The translations under genes were made by a program, and so were the position numbers. The notes below the pieces were generated by a model. It had not been told where the DNA came from and did not search any database. It was given only the letters and a program-made list of their open reading frames with translations. A DNA stretch of 64,000 bases. Origin: the human T2T-CHM13v2.0 reference genome, Homo sapiens. Positions within the stretch are counted from its first letter, which is position 1; each line of letters opens with the position of its first letter. Shown piece after piece: positions 63,811 to 64,000 of this stretch. Location: assembly GCF_009914755.1 (NCBI RefSeq), contig NC_060947.1, one strand, 5' to 3'.

Positions 63811-64000
63811 AGTGGAAAAAAAGACAATGGAAATTTAGATTTGACAGGTTAAATGAAGTTGAGACAGAAAGAGGGGAAGTTGTGAATTCACTCCATGAAT
63901 ACCAGCCACCAGGCTAAGAAGACTGCTTTGAGGGATGAGGTTGAATGAGAGCCATCCCATCAGATACAAAGTTCTCACATATATTAAGGTTTCCCAACAG

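Overview
Human/primate (Alu-, L1PA- and MER4-containing) intergenic or intronic DNA, almost entirely a nested mosaic of retroelements. I see no host protein-coding exon. The only long ORFs are two truncated L1 ORF2 (reverse transcriptase) fragments. Main features: a two-LTR MER4A1-type ERV1 provirus (9361-18917, minus strand, 4-bp TSD, tRNA-Arg-type PBS) split by a young L1PA; a MER65-type ERV remnant (22446-27146) with strong strand-specific C depletion consistent with APOBEC3 hypermutation, which hosts a processed RPSA pseudogene; ERVL, MaLR and DNA-transposon relics; and multi-level L1 nests. Best observations: (1) two L1PA copies forming a ~1.66 kb inverted repeat ~22 kb apart share four non-consensus bases in 131 bp, suggesting gene conversion; (2) a twin-primed L1PA4-like insertion whose inversion point falls inside 3'-transduced DNA carrying an older L1 with its own TSDs; (3) two further L1 3' transductions and one possible orphan transduction; (4) a 238-bp, 98% identical non-tandem duplication; (5) two dense transcription-factor motif clusters in unique DNA. 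I found no evidence for a new gene system. Subfamily names come from recalled consensus sequences and need RepeatMasker/Dfam confirmation.
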